Positions 19,998-28,361 of a stretch of 64,000 bases of DNA are shown piece after piece. Each line of letters opens with the position of its first letter. The stretch's first letter is position 1. The notes under the pieces are model-generated. The model worked only from the letters and a program-made list of their open reading frames with translations. It did no database searches and was not told the DNA's origin. The stretch is from Patescibacteria group bacterium (GTDB lineage: Bacteria; Patescibacteriota; Minisyncoccia; Portnoybacterales; GWB1-42-6): the NCBI GenBank assembly GCA_022709865.1, contig JAKLIA010000001.1:210740-274739 (forward strand). The letters are read 5' to 3'. Made by a program: the position numbers and the translations under genes.

Positions 19998-20252
19998 ATG
20001 GCTAATAACGAAGAAATAAAGTCTAACGCGGTTTATACCACCGGCGAGACCCAGGAGCTATTAAAGATCAGCAGCAGCACTATAAAGCGCATGCTGAAGA
20101 AAGGCTTGATCAGGGCTAATAAAGTGGGCGGTCAATATAGGATTTTAGGCAAGGAGATACTGCATTTAGTTTCGCCGAAAGTTGAGCAAGAAGCGGTAAA
20201 ATCTTATCTGGGATTAAAACAAAAAGTCGTTAACAAGATTAATAAATGGTAA
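19998..20252 (+). CDS. Small helix-turn-helix DNA-binding protein (excisionase/MerR-like HTH_17 family)
   Basis: YTTGETQELLKISSSTIKRMLKKGLIRANKVGGQYRI is the excisionase-family HTH signature. 84 aa. Confidence 0.55.
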   Translation: MANNEEIKSNAVYTTGETQELLKISSSTIKRMLKKGLIRANKVGGQYRILGKEILHLVSPKVEQEAVKSYLGLKQKVVNKINKW

Positions 20253-20279
20253 GGCAAGAAGCCTAGCCAATTTTCAAAG

Positions 20280-22073
20280 ATGTTTTTACAAAAAAGTAGA
20301 CTCTATCTGTTGTATAAGCTATTTCGCCGGGGATTCCGAGGCCTTCGTTGGCAGATCTTAGCGTTAACAGCTTTTGGCATTCTGGGGGGCCTGCTTGAAG
20401 GTGTGGGCATTAATGCCGCAATCCCAATGTTCTCGTTCTTAGTTGGCGGCGTTAACTTAGGGAACGATTTTATCTCGTTGGCAATTCAACAGTTTTTTGA
20501 TTTTTTTAATATCAGATTTAGCTTTCGCTATCTGCTGATTTTTATTTGTTCGTTGTTTATTCTGCGCGCGGTAATCTTATTTGCTTGCAACTATTTTCGC
20601 ATCAAGATCGCGGCTGGCTATGAGGAAGAAACAAGGAATCGTTTATTCAACAAAACCTTGAAGGCTAACTGGCCGTTTTTGCTTCAGCAAAGGCTAGGGT
20701 ATCTTGATACTATTTTGGCAGTCAACATCCAGAACAACAGCTTATTGCTCCGTTATCTAAGCGGGGCGGTTATGACTCTGGGCGGCTTATCCATGTATAT
20801 TTTAGTTGCCTTAAATATTTCTTTTAATATAACTGTGGCAACATTATTGCTTGGCGCTTTGATGATATTTGTTTTTTATCCGTTAGTGCGTAAAACTAAA
20901 TTGATTTCCCAGGAAAAAGAGGCGATGAATAAAGTCGTTGCCCACCATATTAATGAAAACATTTTAGGAATGAAAACTATTAAAGCTATGCGGCTTGGCG
21001 GGGCGGTGGCGGCGGTGGGCAAGGAATACTTTAAAAAATTAAAGAACTTTACAGTAAAAGTCGCCTTTTTCCAGATCTTAACAGATTCATTGATTCAGCC
21101 AATAGGCCTTATTTTTATTTGTTTGGTTTTTGCAATTTCTTATAAATTGCCCGGATTTAATTTTATCGCCTTGGCGGCTGTTCTTTATTTGATCCAGCGG
21201 ATATTCACTTATATCCAACAGTTGCAATCGCATTTGCATACGGTCAGCGAATCTATTCCTTATTTGCAGGGCACGATCGCCTATGAAAATATGATCTCAA
21301 AAAACGAAGAAGCAGACGAAGGGCAGGACGCTTTTGTCTTTAAAAAACAGCTGGAGTTCAAAAATGTTGATTTTAATTATGAAGGCGGTCGAGAAATCCT
21401 GAAAGGATTAAGCTTCTGCCTGAAAAAAGGAGAGCTGCTTGGCTTGATCGGCCCGTCTGGCGCCGGAAAAACCACGGTTGTGGATTTGATTTTGCGCTTG
21501 CTTAACCAAACCGGAGGAGAGATAGAATTAGATGGAAAGAGCATAAATAAAATTAATTTAGCTTCTTGGCGGGAAAGCATTAGCTATATTGCCCAAGATA
21601 TCTATTTAAAAAACGATACAATCGCTGAAAATATTAGGTTCTACGACGAATCAATTACCGACGAACAGGTAGCGGAAGCCGCAAAAATGGCTAATATACA
21701 CCAGTTTGTTAATAGTTGCCCTAAGAAATTCGATACTATCGTTGGTGAACGGGGAGTGCAATTATCGGCCGGACAGCGCCAACGAATTATTATCGCTAGG
21801 GCCTTGGCTCGACAGCCGCAGATTTTAGTTCTAGATGAGGCGACCAGCGCCTTGGACAATGAATCCGAGACTCAAGTCCAGCAAGTTATTGATAATTTAA
21901 AGAATAAAATTACGGTTTTGGTTATCGCTCACCGCCTTTCTACAATAATTAATGCTGATAAACTATTGGTTTTGGATGATGGCAAGATCGTTGAAGAGGG
22001 CAGGCCGCAAGAACTACTTAAGGATGCCAATTCTTATTTTTATAAAGTTTATAATATAAAAAATAATCAGTAG
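20280..22073 (+). CDS. ABC transporter, fused permease-ATPase exporter (MsbA-like)
   Basis: Six N-terminal transmembrane helices, Walker A GPSGAGKTT, signature LSAGQRQRIIIARAL, Walker B ILVLDEATSALD. Confidence 0.85.
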   Translation: MFLQKSRLYLLYKLFRRGFRGLRWQILALTAFGILGGLLEGVGINAAIPMFSFLVGGVNLGNDFISLAIQQFFDFFNIRFSFRYLLIFICSLFILRAVILFACNYFRIKIAAGYEEETRNRLFNKTLKANWPFLLQQRLGYLDTILAVNIQNNSLLLRYLSGAVMTLGGLSMYILVALNISFNITVATLLLGALMIFVFYPLVRKTKLISQEKEAMNKVVAHHINENILGMKTIKAMRLGGAVAAVGKEYFKKLKNFTVKVAFFQILTDSLIQPIGLIFICLVFAISYKLPGFNFIALAAVLYLIQRIFTYIQQLQSHLHTVSESIPYLQGTIAYENMISKNEEADEGQDAFVFKKQLEFKNVDFNYEGGREILKGLSFCLKKGELLGLIGPSGAGKTTVVDLILRLLNQTGGEIELDGKSINKINLASWRESISYIAQDIYLKNDTIAENIRFYDESITDEQVAEAAKMANIHQFVNSCPKKFDTIVGERGVQLSAGQRQRIIIARALARQPQILVLDEATSALDNESETQVQQVIDNLKNKITVLVIAHRLSTIINADKLLVLDDGKIVEEGRPQELLKDANSYFYKVYNIKNNQ

Positions 22074-22077
22074 ATAT

Positions 22078-23592
22078 ATGGATAATTTAAAAGGCAAAAG
22101 AATATTTATTTTTCAGCAAAGGCTTTGGGGGACTAATTTTGGCTATTTTTTAGCTAAAAAACTGCAGGCTGAAGGCTGTCTTTTGGGCGCTTTGACATCA
22201 ACGAAAAGGACGCATGATTTTTTTGTCTCGCAAGCGGAAGTTAGGCATGAGATAATAGTTAGCTTTGACGAGATTCTCGGCAACCCGGAAAAATACTTGG
22301 CCGGAGATGATTTTCCTCTCCAAGAGATTTGCCAGGCCTTGCAAATAGATTCGGTCTGGCCGATAGCGCGAACGGTGCGTGAATATATTCGGTCGTATAA
22401 AGATAAATACGGTTATGGCTTTAAGCAGAATGTTCCTGATGAGACCATAGTTCTTTATATCAAAGCAGTTTATAAATGTTTGAAAAAAGTTTTTTCTGAG
22501 TTTAAGCCCGATATTATTATTGCGCCTAATTTTGTCTCTTTGCACCATATTATGTTCAATCTTTATGCCAAAGCCCAGGGCATTAAGATGATCTCATTTT
22601 TTGGTTGTAAAATAAAAGGAGTTTCCCTTTTCTATTATGATTATTTAAATAGCGAGGGGCCATTTTTTGACAGGGTAGAAGAGCTTTATCGGGGAGAGGC
22701 TGAATCGCAAAATATCGAAAAAGCCAAACAATATATTTCGGGATTTAGAAAAGAGTTTAAGCGCTTAACTTATGCTCCGAAAATTGATAATAAAAAGAAA
22801 TCTTTGCGGCAAATAATTAAGAGTCATTTAGCTCCTTGGGCCAATATTGCTCGCTGGTATTGGCGCCGGCCAGAAAAAGCATGGGAGGTTGTTGGGGTGT
22901 CGCCTGATTTTCGCCCTCCATATTTTATTTTAAGAGACTATATTGCTAGCAAAAGGTATAAGCATTTTGCTGACAACTTTGAGTATTATCCTCTAGATAA
23001 AATTAAAAAATTTATTTATATGCCGTTGCAAGTTCAGCCAGAAATTGCCATTGACGTGGCTGCGCCATTTTTTTCTAATCAATTGGAAGTGGCACGATTA
23101 GTGGCTATGTCTCTGCCCGAAGACTATGTGCTGGTCGTTAGAGATGCTCCTGCCATGGTTGGCCGCCGGACGCCTTCCTATATGGAAAAGCTAGCCAGAA
23201 CGCCTAATGTTAAGCTGGTTGATTATCGGGTTTCAACTCAGGAAGTTCTAGGACGAGCTGATTTAGTTGTAAGCTTTGGCGGCACGACTTTGGCGGAAGC
23301 GGCTTTTTATTCTAAACCTGGGATTCAAGTTGGCGATTTTGGTATAACCTTAAAACTTCCTAATGTCGTTAAACATACCGATATGACGACCTTAGCTTCT
23401 AAAATTAAAGAAGTTTTGAAAGTTAATTTGAATAACCAAGAATATGAGCGGAAGCTAGAAAAGTATGTGGCGGCTAATTACGATGCCGGATATGAAGTTG
23501 ATTTTTTTGATGTTTGGTATGGGCAAGATAAAGAATTAGCCGAATCAGCCTGGCAGATCTATAAAGCCGAGATAGAGAAGCTAACCAGATAA
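22078..23592 (+). CDS. Polysaccharide biosynthesis protein, KpsS/Capsule_synth-like or TagF-like
   Basis: 504 aa soluble protein. The C-terminal GT-B-like region (LVVSFGGTTLAEAAFYSKPGIQVGD) resembles capsule-synthesis and glycerophosphotransferase families. Its start is 4 nt after the ABC exporter stop. Confidence 0.3.
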   Translation: MDNLKGKRIFIFQQRLWGTNFGYFLAKKLQAEGCLLGALTSTKRTHDFFVSQAEVRHEIIVSFDEILGNPEKYLAGDDFPLQEICQALQIDSVWPIARTVREYIRSYKDKYGYGFKQNVPDETIVLYIKAVYKCLKKVFSEFKPDIIIAPNFVSLHHIMFNLYAKAQGIKMISFFGCKIKGVSLFYYDYLNSEGPFFDRVEELYRGEAESQNIEKAKQYISGFRKEFKRLTYAPKIDNKKKSLRQIIKSHLAPWANIARWYWRRPEKAWEVVGVSPDFRPPYFILRDYIASKRYKHFADNFEYYPLDKIKKFIYMPLQVQPEIAIDVAAPFFSNQLEVARLVAMSLPEDYVLVVRDAPAMVGRRTPSYMEKLARTPNVKLVDYRVSTQEVLGRADLVVSFGGTTLAEAAFYSKPGIQVGDFGITLKLPNVVKHTDMTTLASKIKEVLKVNLNNQEYERKLEKYVAANYDAGYEVDFFDVWYGQDKELAESAWQIYKAEIEKLTR

Positions 23593-23606
23593 TCAAAGCC
23601 TCAGAC

Positions 23607-25211
23607 ATGAAGAAGAAAAAAAGAATATTATTAATAATGCCTTCTTTCTGGGATCCGATCTGCCCGCCACAGGGCATCGTTTCTTTGAGGTCATATATAG
23701 AGAAGCTGGGATACGAGGTTTTTATCAGAGACTTTAACACAGACCCTCGGCTGTTTGATCTGCAAAGAAAATATTTTGAGCTTGGCTTAAAATTATTTCC
23801 TCATTGGAAGTTCTTAAATATTTTTAGGAACGGTCCCAGGTATTTTGCCCGGCATCAATTAGCCTGGTTTTTTGGGCGGCAATTGGGCACAAAATATGAA
23901 AAACTAGTGGGGCTAATTTTGAATTTTGACGGCAAAAGCAAATGCACCAAAGGGATGATCAAGCGCTTTGATTCTATCGTTGCCGAAGCCTTTAAGCTAA
24001 CCGAAGCAAAAACAGCGGAATTAGTAGGCCAGATAAAACCCGACATAATCGGCTGCACCATGCTGGAGAGCACTTTCCCCACGGCGTTGGCTATTTTAAA
24101 AACAGCGAAAAAAAATAAACCAAAAATTAAAACTTTACTTGGCGGGCCGGGGCCATTAATGGGTGATAAGATAGAGCATGGAAATCTGCAAAGAATTTTG
24201 GATAAGTGCCCTTGGATTGATACGATTATTTGCGGAGAAGGGGAAATCTTGTTCGAATATTATCTGAAAAAATCTTTCGGCAATAAAAAGATTATAGGGA
24301 TAGAGGATTTGAAAAATATAAAAAAAGCGGCTAGCGTTATGGATCTGCTAGTTGATATTAACAAATTACCAGAATCGAATTTTGAAGGCTTAACGATAAA
24401 AAGATATCTTTGGCTTTCTAGCTTTACTTCTAGGGGTTGTCCGTTCAGATGCGCTTTTTGCTTTGAAAACTCTTTTTGGAAAAGATTTAGGATGAAGAAC
24501 ATTAAAAAAGTGTTGAAAGAATTCAATCATTTATCCGATTCGTACCAAAATAATAAGTTTTATTTGTCGGATTCTTTAGCTAATCCCATAATGAATGACC
24601 TAGCTTTTGGCTTAAAGAATGGCGGCACAAGGTATGAATACGATACATATATCCGAATAACCGATGATTGTTTGGATAATAAAATAGTGAAACGGTGGGC
24701 GGATAGCGGTTTGGCTAGAGCGAGAATCGGCGTTGAATCAACCTCTCCGCGCGTTTTAAAGTTAATGAATAAGAAGATAACTACAGAACAAATAGGAAAA
24801 AGTTTGAATAATTTTTCCCGGAATGGTATTTATACTTCAACTTTATGGATTGCCGGTTTTCCCGGGGAGACAAAGAAAAATTTTTTAGAGTCGGTCGCTT
24901 TTTTGAAAAAAAATTGCCAGAATATTTATCAAGCTGATATCTGGGAGTTTGTTTGTTCTCCAGAGGGATTTTCTATTGCGGAGGAAGGTATCAACCATCA
25001 GGCAAAACTAGCTTATCCTGAAGAATTAGGTAGTATTCTCCCTTTGCGATATTTTGAGCTAGAAGGCTACATTTCTCCGGCGGAACGTTTTGAAAGGATT
25101 AGTCTTTTTGAAAAAGCAAGAATAAGGGCTGGCATCCCAAATCCGTATTCGATCAGCGATTTGTTGCGGGCAAAAGACCGCTGGATTAAGCTTGGCCATA
25201 AACATAATTAA
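23607..25211 (+). CDS. B12-binding radical SAM protein (class B radical SAM), paralog 1
   Basis: N-terminal cobalamin-binding domain (IIGCTMLESTFPTALAIL...LLGGPGP) and a radical SAM CxxxCxxC motif (SRGCPFRCAFC). Nearly identical over about 900 nt to 40772-42385. Confidence 0.75.
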   Translation: MKKKKRILLIMPSFWDPICPPQGIVSLRSYIEKLGYEVFIRDFNTDPRLFDLQRKYFELGLKLFPHWKFLNIFRNGPRYFARHQLAWFFGRQLGTKYEKLVGLILNFDGKSKCTKGMIKRFDSIVAEAFKLTEAKTAELVGQIKPDIIGCTMLESTFPTALAILKTAKKNKPKIKTLLGGPGPLMGDKIEHGNLQRILDKCPWIDTIICGEGEILFEYYLKKSFGNKKIIGIEDLKNIKKAASVMDLLVDINKLPESNFEGLTIKRYLWLSSFTSRGCPFRCAFCFENSFWKRFRMKNIKKVLKEFNHLSDSYQNNKFYLSDSLANPIMNDLAFGLKNGGTRYEYDTYIRITDDCLDNKIVKRWADSGLARARIGVESTSPRVLKLMNKKITTEQIGKSLNNFSRNGIYTSTLWIAGFPGETKKNFLESVAFLKKNCQNIYQADIWEFVCSPEGFSIAEEGINHQAKLAYPEELGSILPLRYFELEGYISPAERFERISLFEKARIRAGIPNPYSISDLLRAKDRWIKLGHKHN

Positions 25212-25216
25212 ATATT

Positions 25217-25654
25217 ATGAAAATAGAAAAGATAAAAAAAGCGAGAAAAATTGAATTTGATAAAGTGGCTGTTGGTGACGAAGTCTTTTTTGAAAAGAAG
25301 ATTGGCAGAAAAGAAATGAAAAAATTCGAAGAACTAACGGGCAATTCAACCCCTTTGCATACCGACCTGAAATTTGCCAAGCAAAAAGGTTTTCGCGGGA
25401 TAGTGGTTTATGGGCTTTTGGCCGCAGCTTATTTTTCGACTCTTTTTGGCATGTTATTGCCCGGAGAAAAGTGTTTGTGTCTAAGCCATAATTTAATTTA
25501 TAAAAAGCCCCTAATTGAAGGAGAAACAATAAAAGTGATGGGGAGGGTTACCCATAAGATCAGCAGCGCCCAGATATTGATCATGAAAACAAGGATTTTT
25601 AATAAAAAAGGGATATTGATCATAGACGGAGAAGCAAAAGTAAGGTTTATTTAA
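25217..25654 (+). CDS. MaoC-like (R)-specific hydratase/dehydratase (hotdog fold)
   Basis: GNSTPLHTDLKFAKQKGFRGIVVYGLL matches the MaoC dehydratase signature. 145 aa. Confidence 0.7.
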   Translation: MKIEKIKKARKIEFDKVAVGDEVFFEKKIGRKEMKKFEELTGNSTPLHTDLKFAKQKGFRGIVVYGLLAAAYFSTLFGMLLPGEKCLCLSHNLIYKKPLIEGETIKVMGRVTHKISSAQILIMKTRIFNKKGILIIDGEAKVRFI

Positions 25655-25667
25655 TGATTTTATTTTT

Positions 25668-26729
25668 ATGAAAATAATCTGCGTAGTTGGCGCCAGGCCA
25701 AACTTTATAAAAATTGCATCGCTTGTAAAAGAAATAAAAAGGCACAAAGAAATAGATTGTGTCTTGGTCCATACGGGCCAGCATTACGACAATTTAATGT
25801 CGGATGTATTTTTTAGGGACCTGCAGATACCTAAGCCGGATATTTTTTTAGGAGTAAGATCTTGCGGCCAGATTGAGCAAATCGCTGAGATAATGACAGC
25901 TTTTGAAGGGGTTTGCCTGGAAGAAAAGCCGGATATGGTTTTGGTTGTTGGTGATGTTAATTCGACTTTAGCGGCGGCCTTGGCAGCCAATAGAAATGGC
26001 ATAAAGGTGGTGCATGTTGAAGCCGGTTTGAGATCTTTTGACCGGCAAATGCCGGAGGAAATAAACAGGATCATTGTTGATCAAATTGCCGATTATTTAT
26101 TCATAACCGAAGAGAGCGCCTATAGGAACTTGATAAAGGAAGGCATAAATAAAAATAAAATATTTTTTGTTGGCAATGTTATGATAGACGCTTTGAAGCA
26201 GTTTTTTAAAAAAGAAACCGGCATTGTTAAAAAAATGGGCTTAAAACCTAAGGATTATTGTTTGATCACAATGCATCGGCCATCAAACGTGGATAGCAAG
26301 GAGCGGCTAATTGAGATTTTTGATATTCTGGATTCTCTTAATGAAAAGATCGTTTGGCCGATTCATCCGCGAACCAAAAAGAATATAGAAAAGTTTAATT
26401 TAAGCGATCGCCTGAAAAAATATACCACTTTAGAGCCGCTGGGCTATTTGGATTTTATGTCTCTTTTAAAAAGATGCAAATTAACTTTAACTGATTCAGG
26501 CGGCATTCAAGAGGAGGCAACTTTTTTGGGAGTTCCTTGTTTAACCATGAGGGAAAATACAGAGAGGCCGATAACAATAACAAAAGGGACGAATTATTTG
26601 GTTGGTTCAAAAAAAGAAATAATAAAGGCTATTTATGCTATTGGCAAAAGGAAAAAATCGATTCCAAAATATTGGGACGGTAAAGCGTCAAAAAGGATTA
26701 TCGATATTTTGAAAAAAAATGAAAATTAG
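25668..26729 (+). CDS. wecB: UDP-N-acetylglucosamine 2-epimerase, non-hydrolysing (WecB/MnaA type)
   Basis: MKIICVVGARPNFIKIASL...HTGQHYD...HVEAGLRSFD is characteristic of the non-hydrolysing 2-epimerase. Confidence 0.85.
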   Translation: MKIICVVGARPNFIKIASLVKEIKRHKEIDCVLVHTGQHYDNLMSDVFFRDLQIPKPDIFLGVRSCGQIEQIAEIMTAFEGVCLEEKPDMVLVVGDVNSTLAAALAANRNGIKVVHVEAGLRSFDRQMPEEINRIIVDQIADYLFITEESAYRNLIKEGINKNKIFFVGNVMIDALKQFFKKETGIVKKMGLKPKDYCLITMHRPSNVDSKERLIEIFDILDSLNEKIVWPIHPRTKKNIEKFNLSDRLKKYTTLEPLGYLDFMSLLKRCKLTLTDSGGIQEEATFLGVPCLTMRENTERPITITKGTNYLVGSKKEIIKAIYAIGKRKKSIPKYWDGKASKRIIDILKKNEN

Positions 26730-27972
26730 AAATATTATTATAGGAACATACGATAAAATAGTCAGGCCGATATTTGATAAAGATCTGGCGGTTATTTTAA
26801 AATTAAAAAACAAGCAATATCCTTTTGAGGCAGAAACTGACGAGGCTCATTTGGTTCGTAGCTTAAAATGGCTAACCCTGGCTAATGAAAAAGTTGGCGG
26901 GCAAGGATTTCCTTCAAAGTTCTCAATTGTGGCAAAATATGGCTTGGGCCAGCCGTATCCGGAAGTGACCGGCTATACACTTTGCACCCTGCTGGCTATA
27001 TTAAGAAATAAGCCCTTGGCAGGATTTGATTATTCTATGATTGAAAAACTAATTAAAAACTCCTGTGATTTTTTAATGAAGATCCAATTTCCTGGCGGCG
27101 CTTTTACGGGCGGCAGCAAGGGAATGGCAAATTTTGGCCAGCCGAGCATCTTTAATACAGGCCAAATTGTTCTCGGTTTAGCCGATGTTTATGAAACGAT
27201 AACGGATTCACAGCAGGAAATCTTGAAAGAAATCAATCCGGAACTTATAAAAAAATCGCTTCTTAGGGCCAGCGAGTTTCTGATGGGAGAAATTGATAGC
27301 GACGGCTCATTTAAAATAGAGCATACTTTTTTAAAATCAAAAAGAGCTTATTATGCCAGAGCCGCTTACGGTCTTTTAAGGGCGGGAATAGTTTTAAAAC
27401 GAGAAGATTTTATTTTAGGATCAAAAAAGTTTTTTGATTATGTCTTAACTCTGCAAGAGGAAAGCGGTTGGATACGCAATTGGGGATTTGAAGACAAGTT
27501 CGCTGTCCTGCATACGATAGCTTATACTTTAAGAGGGTTATCAGAGGCTTATATCTATTTTAAAGATGAAAAATACGGCCAGGCAGTTAAAAAGGGCTTA
27601 GAGTTTTTATTAAGTTGTGGTAAAGATAATTTTTCTTATCCCGATCTTTTGCCGTCTCATTATGATAAAGATAAAAATATCGTTAATGATTTATGCTTGA
27701 CCGGTTTATCCCAGATGGCGATAGTCCTGAAAAAATATGATTCAGTGGTTAAAACAAAAGAATACGAACCTTTATTTGGCGCGATAATTGCGGCAACCAA
27801 AAGGTTTCAAAACAGGGGATTTAAAAATGAATTATTGAACGGGTTGATGCCGGCTTCTTGGCCGATAAATGGCCGTTATAAACCGTATAGTTTTATTGAG
27901 TGGGGAACAAAGTTTTTTATGGATTCAATTCTGTTATCAATGGGGCTAGACTCGCAACAAATCAAAGGATGA
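26719..27972 (+). CDS. Hypothetical protein with possible alpha/alpha-toroid (terpenoid cyclase / prenyltransferase / LanC-like) repeats
   Basis: Repeated Gly/aromatic-rich motifs (GGQGFPSKF, PGGAFTGG, SGWIRNWGFEDKF) spaced about 50-60 aa apart, as in QW/toroid repeats. This is fold-level inference only. Confidence 0.3.
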   Translation: MKIRNIIIGTYDKIVRPIFDKDLAVILKLKNKQYPFEAETDEAHLVRSLKWLTLANEKVGGQGFPSKFSIVAKYGLGQPYPEVTGYTLCTLLAILRNKPLAGFDYSMIEKLIKNSCDFLMKIQFPGGAFTGGSKGMANFGQPSIFNTGQIVLGLADVYETITDSQQEILKEINPELIKKSLLRASEFLMGEIDSDGSFKIEHTFLKSKRAYYARAAYGLLRAGIVLKREDFILGSKKFFDYVLTLQEESGWIRNWGFEDKFAVLHTIAYTLRGLSEAYIYFKDEKYGQAVKKGLEFLLSCGKDNFSYPDLLPSHYDKDKNIVNDLCLTGLSQMAIVLKKYDSVVKTKEYEPLFGAIIAATKRFQNRGFKNELLNGLMPASWPINGRYKPYSFIEWGTKFFMDSILLSMGLDSQQIKG

Positions 27973-27975
27973 TTT

Positions 27976-28356
27976 ATGAAAACAATAACTTTTAAAGATT
28001 TTAGTGTTGGTGCAGACATAGAGAATATTAAACGATTTAGGCGATTAAATAAAAAAACCGATAAGATTTTTTTTAAAAAAATACTGACCGATAAGGAATT
28101 GGCATATTGTTTCATTAGCCATGACCCAGCGCCTCATTTAGCGGGAAGGTTTTCTGCTAAGGAGGCAATTATTAAAGCCCTTGGTGGACTAGGAGAAAAC
28201 GGTTTAGCTTTTAATAAAATGGAGATTTTAAACAATAAAATCGGTGCACCGGAAGTTTTCTTTAAGGAAAAAAAGTTTAAAAAATATAGAATTAAAATAA
28301 CAATTTCCCATACCAAAGACCTGGCACTAGCCATGGCTATTGCCTTAAAGAAGTAA
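27976..28356 (+). CDS. acpS: Holo-[acyl-carrier-protein] synthase (4'-phosphopantetheinyl transferase, AcpS type)
   Basis: VGADIENIKRF...HLAGRFSAKEAIIKALG and the 126-aa size match AcpS. Confidence 0.75.
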   Translation: MKTITFKDFSVGADIENIKRFRRLNKKTDKIFFKKILTDKELAYCFISHDPAPHLAGRFSAKEAIIKALGGLGENGLAFNKMEILNNKIGAPEVFFKEKKFKKYRIKITISHTKDLALAMAIALKK

Positions 28357-28361
28357 TTTAT

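Noticed and set aside
19998-20252. Calling a mobile genetic element on the basis of the excisionase-family HTH.
   Set aside because: No integrase, transposase, att-like repeat or tRNA target is present in the window, and the flanking genes are ordinary glycan-biosynthesis genes.
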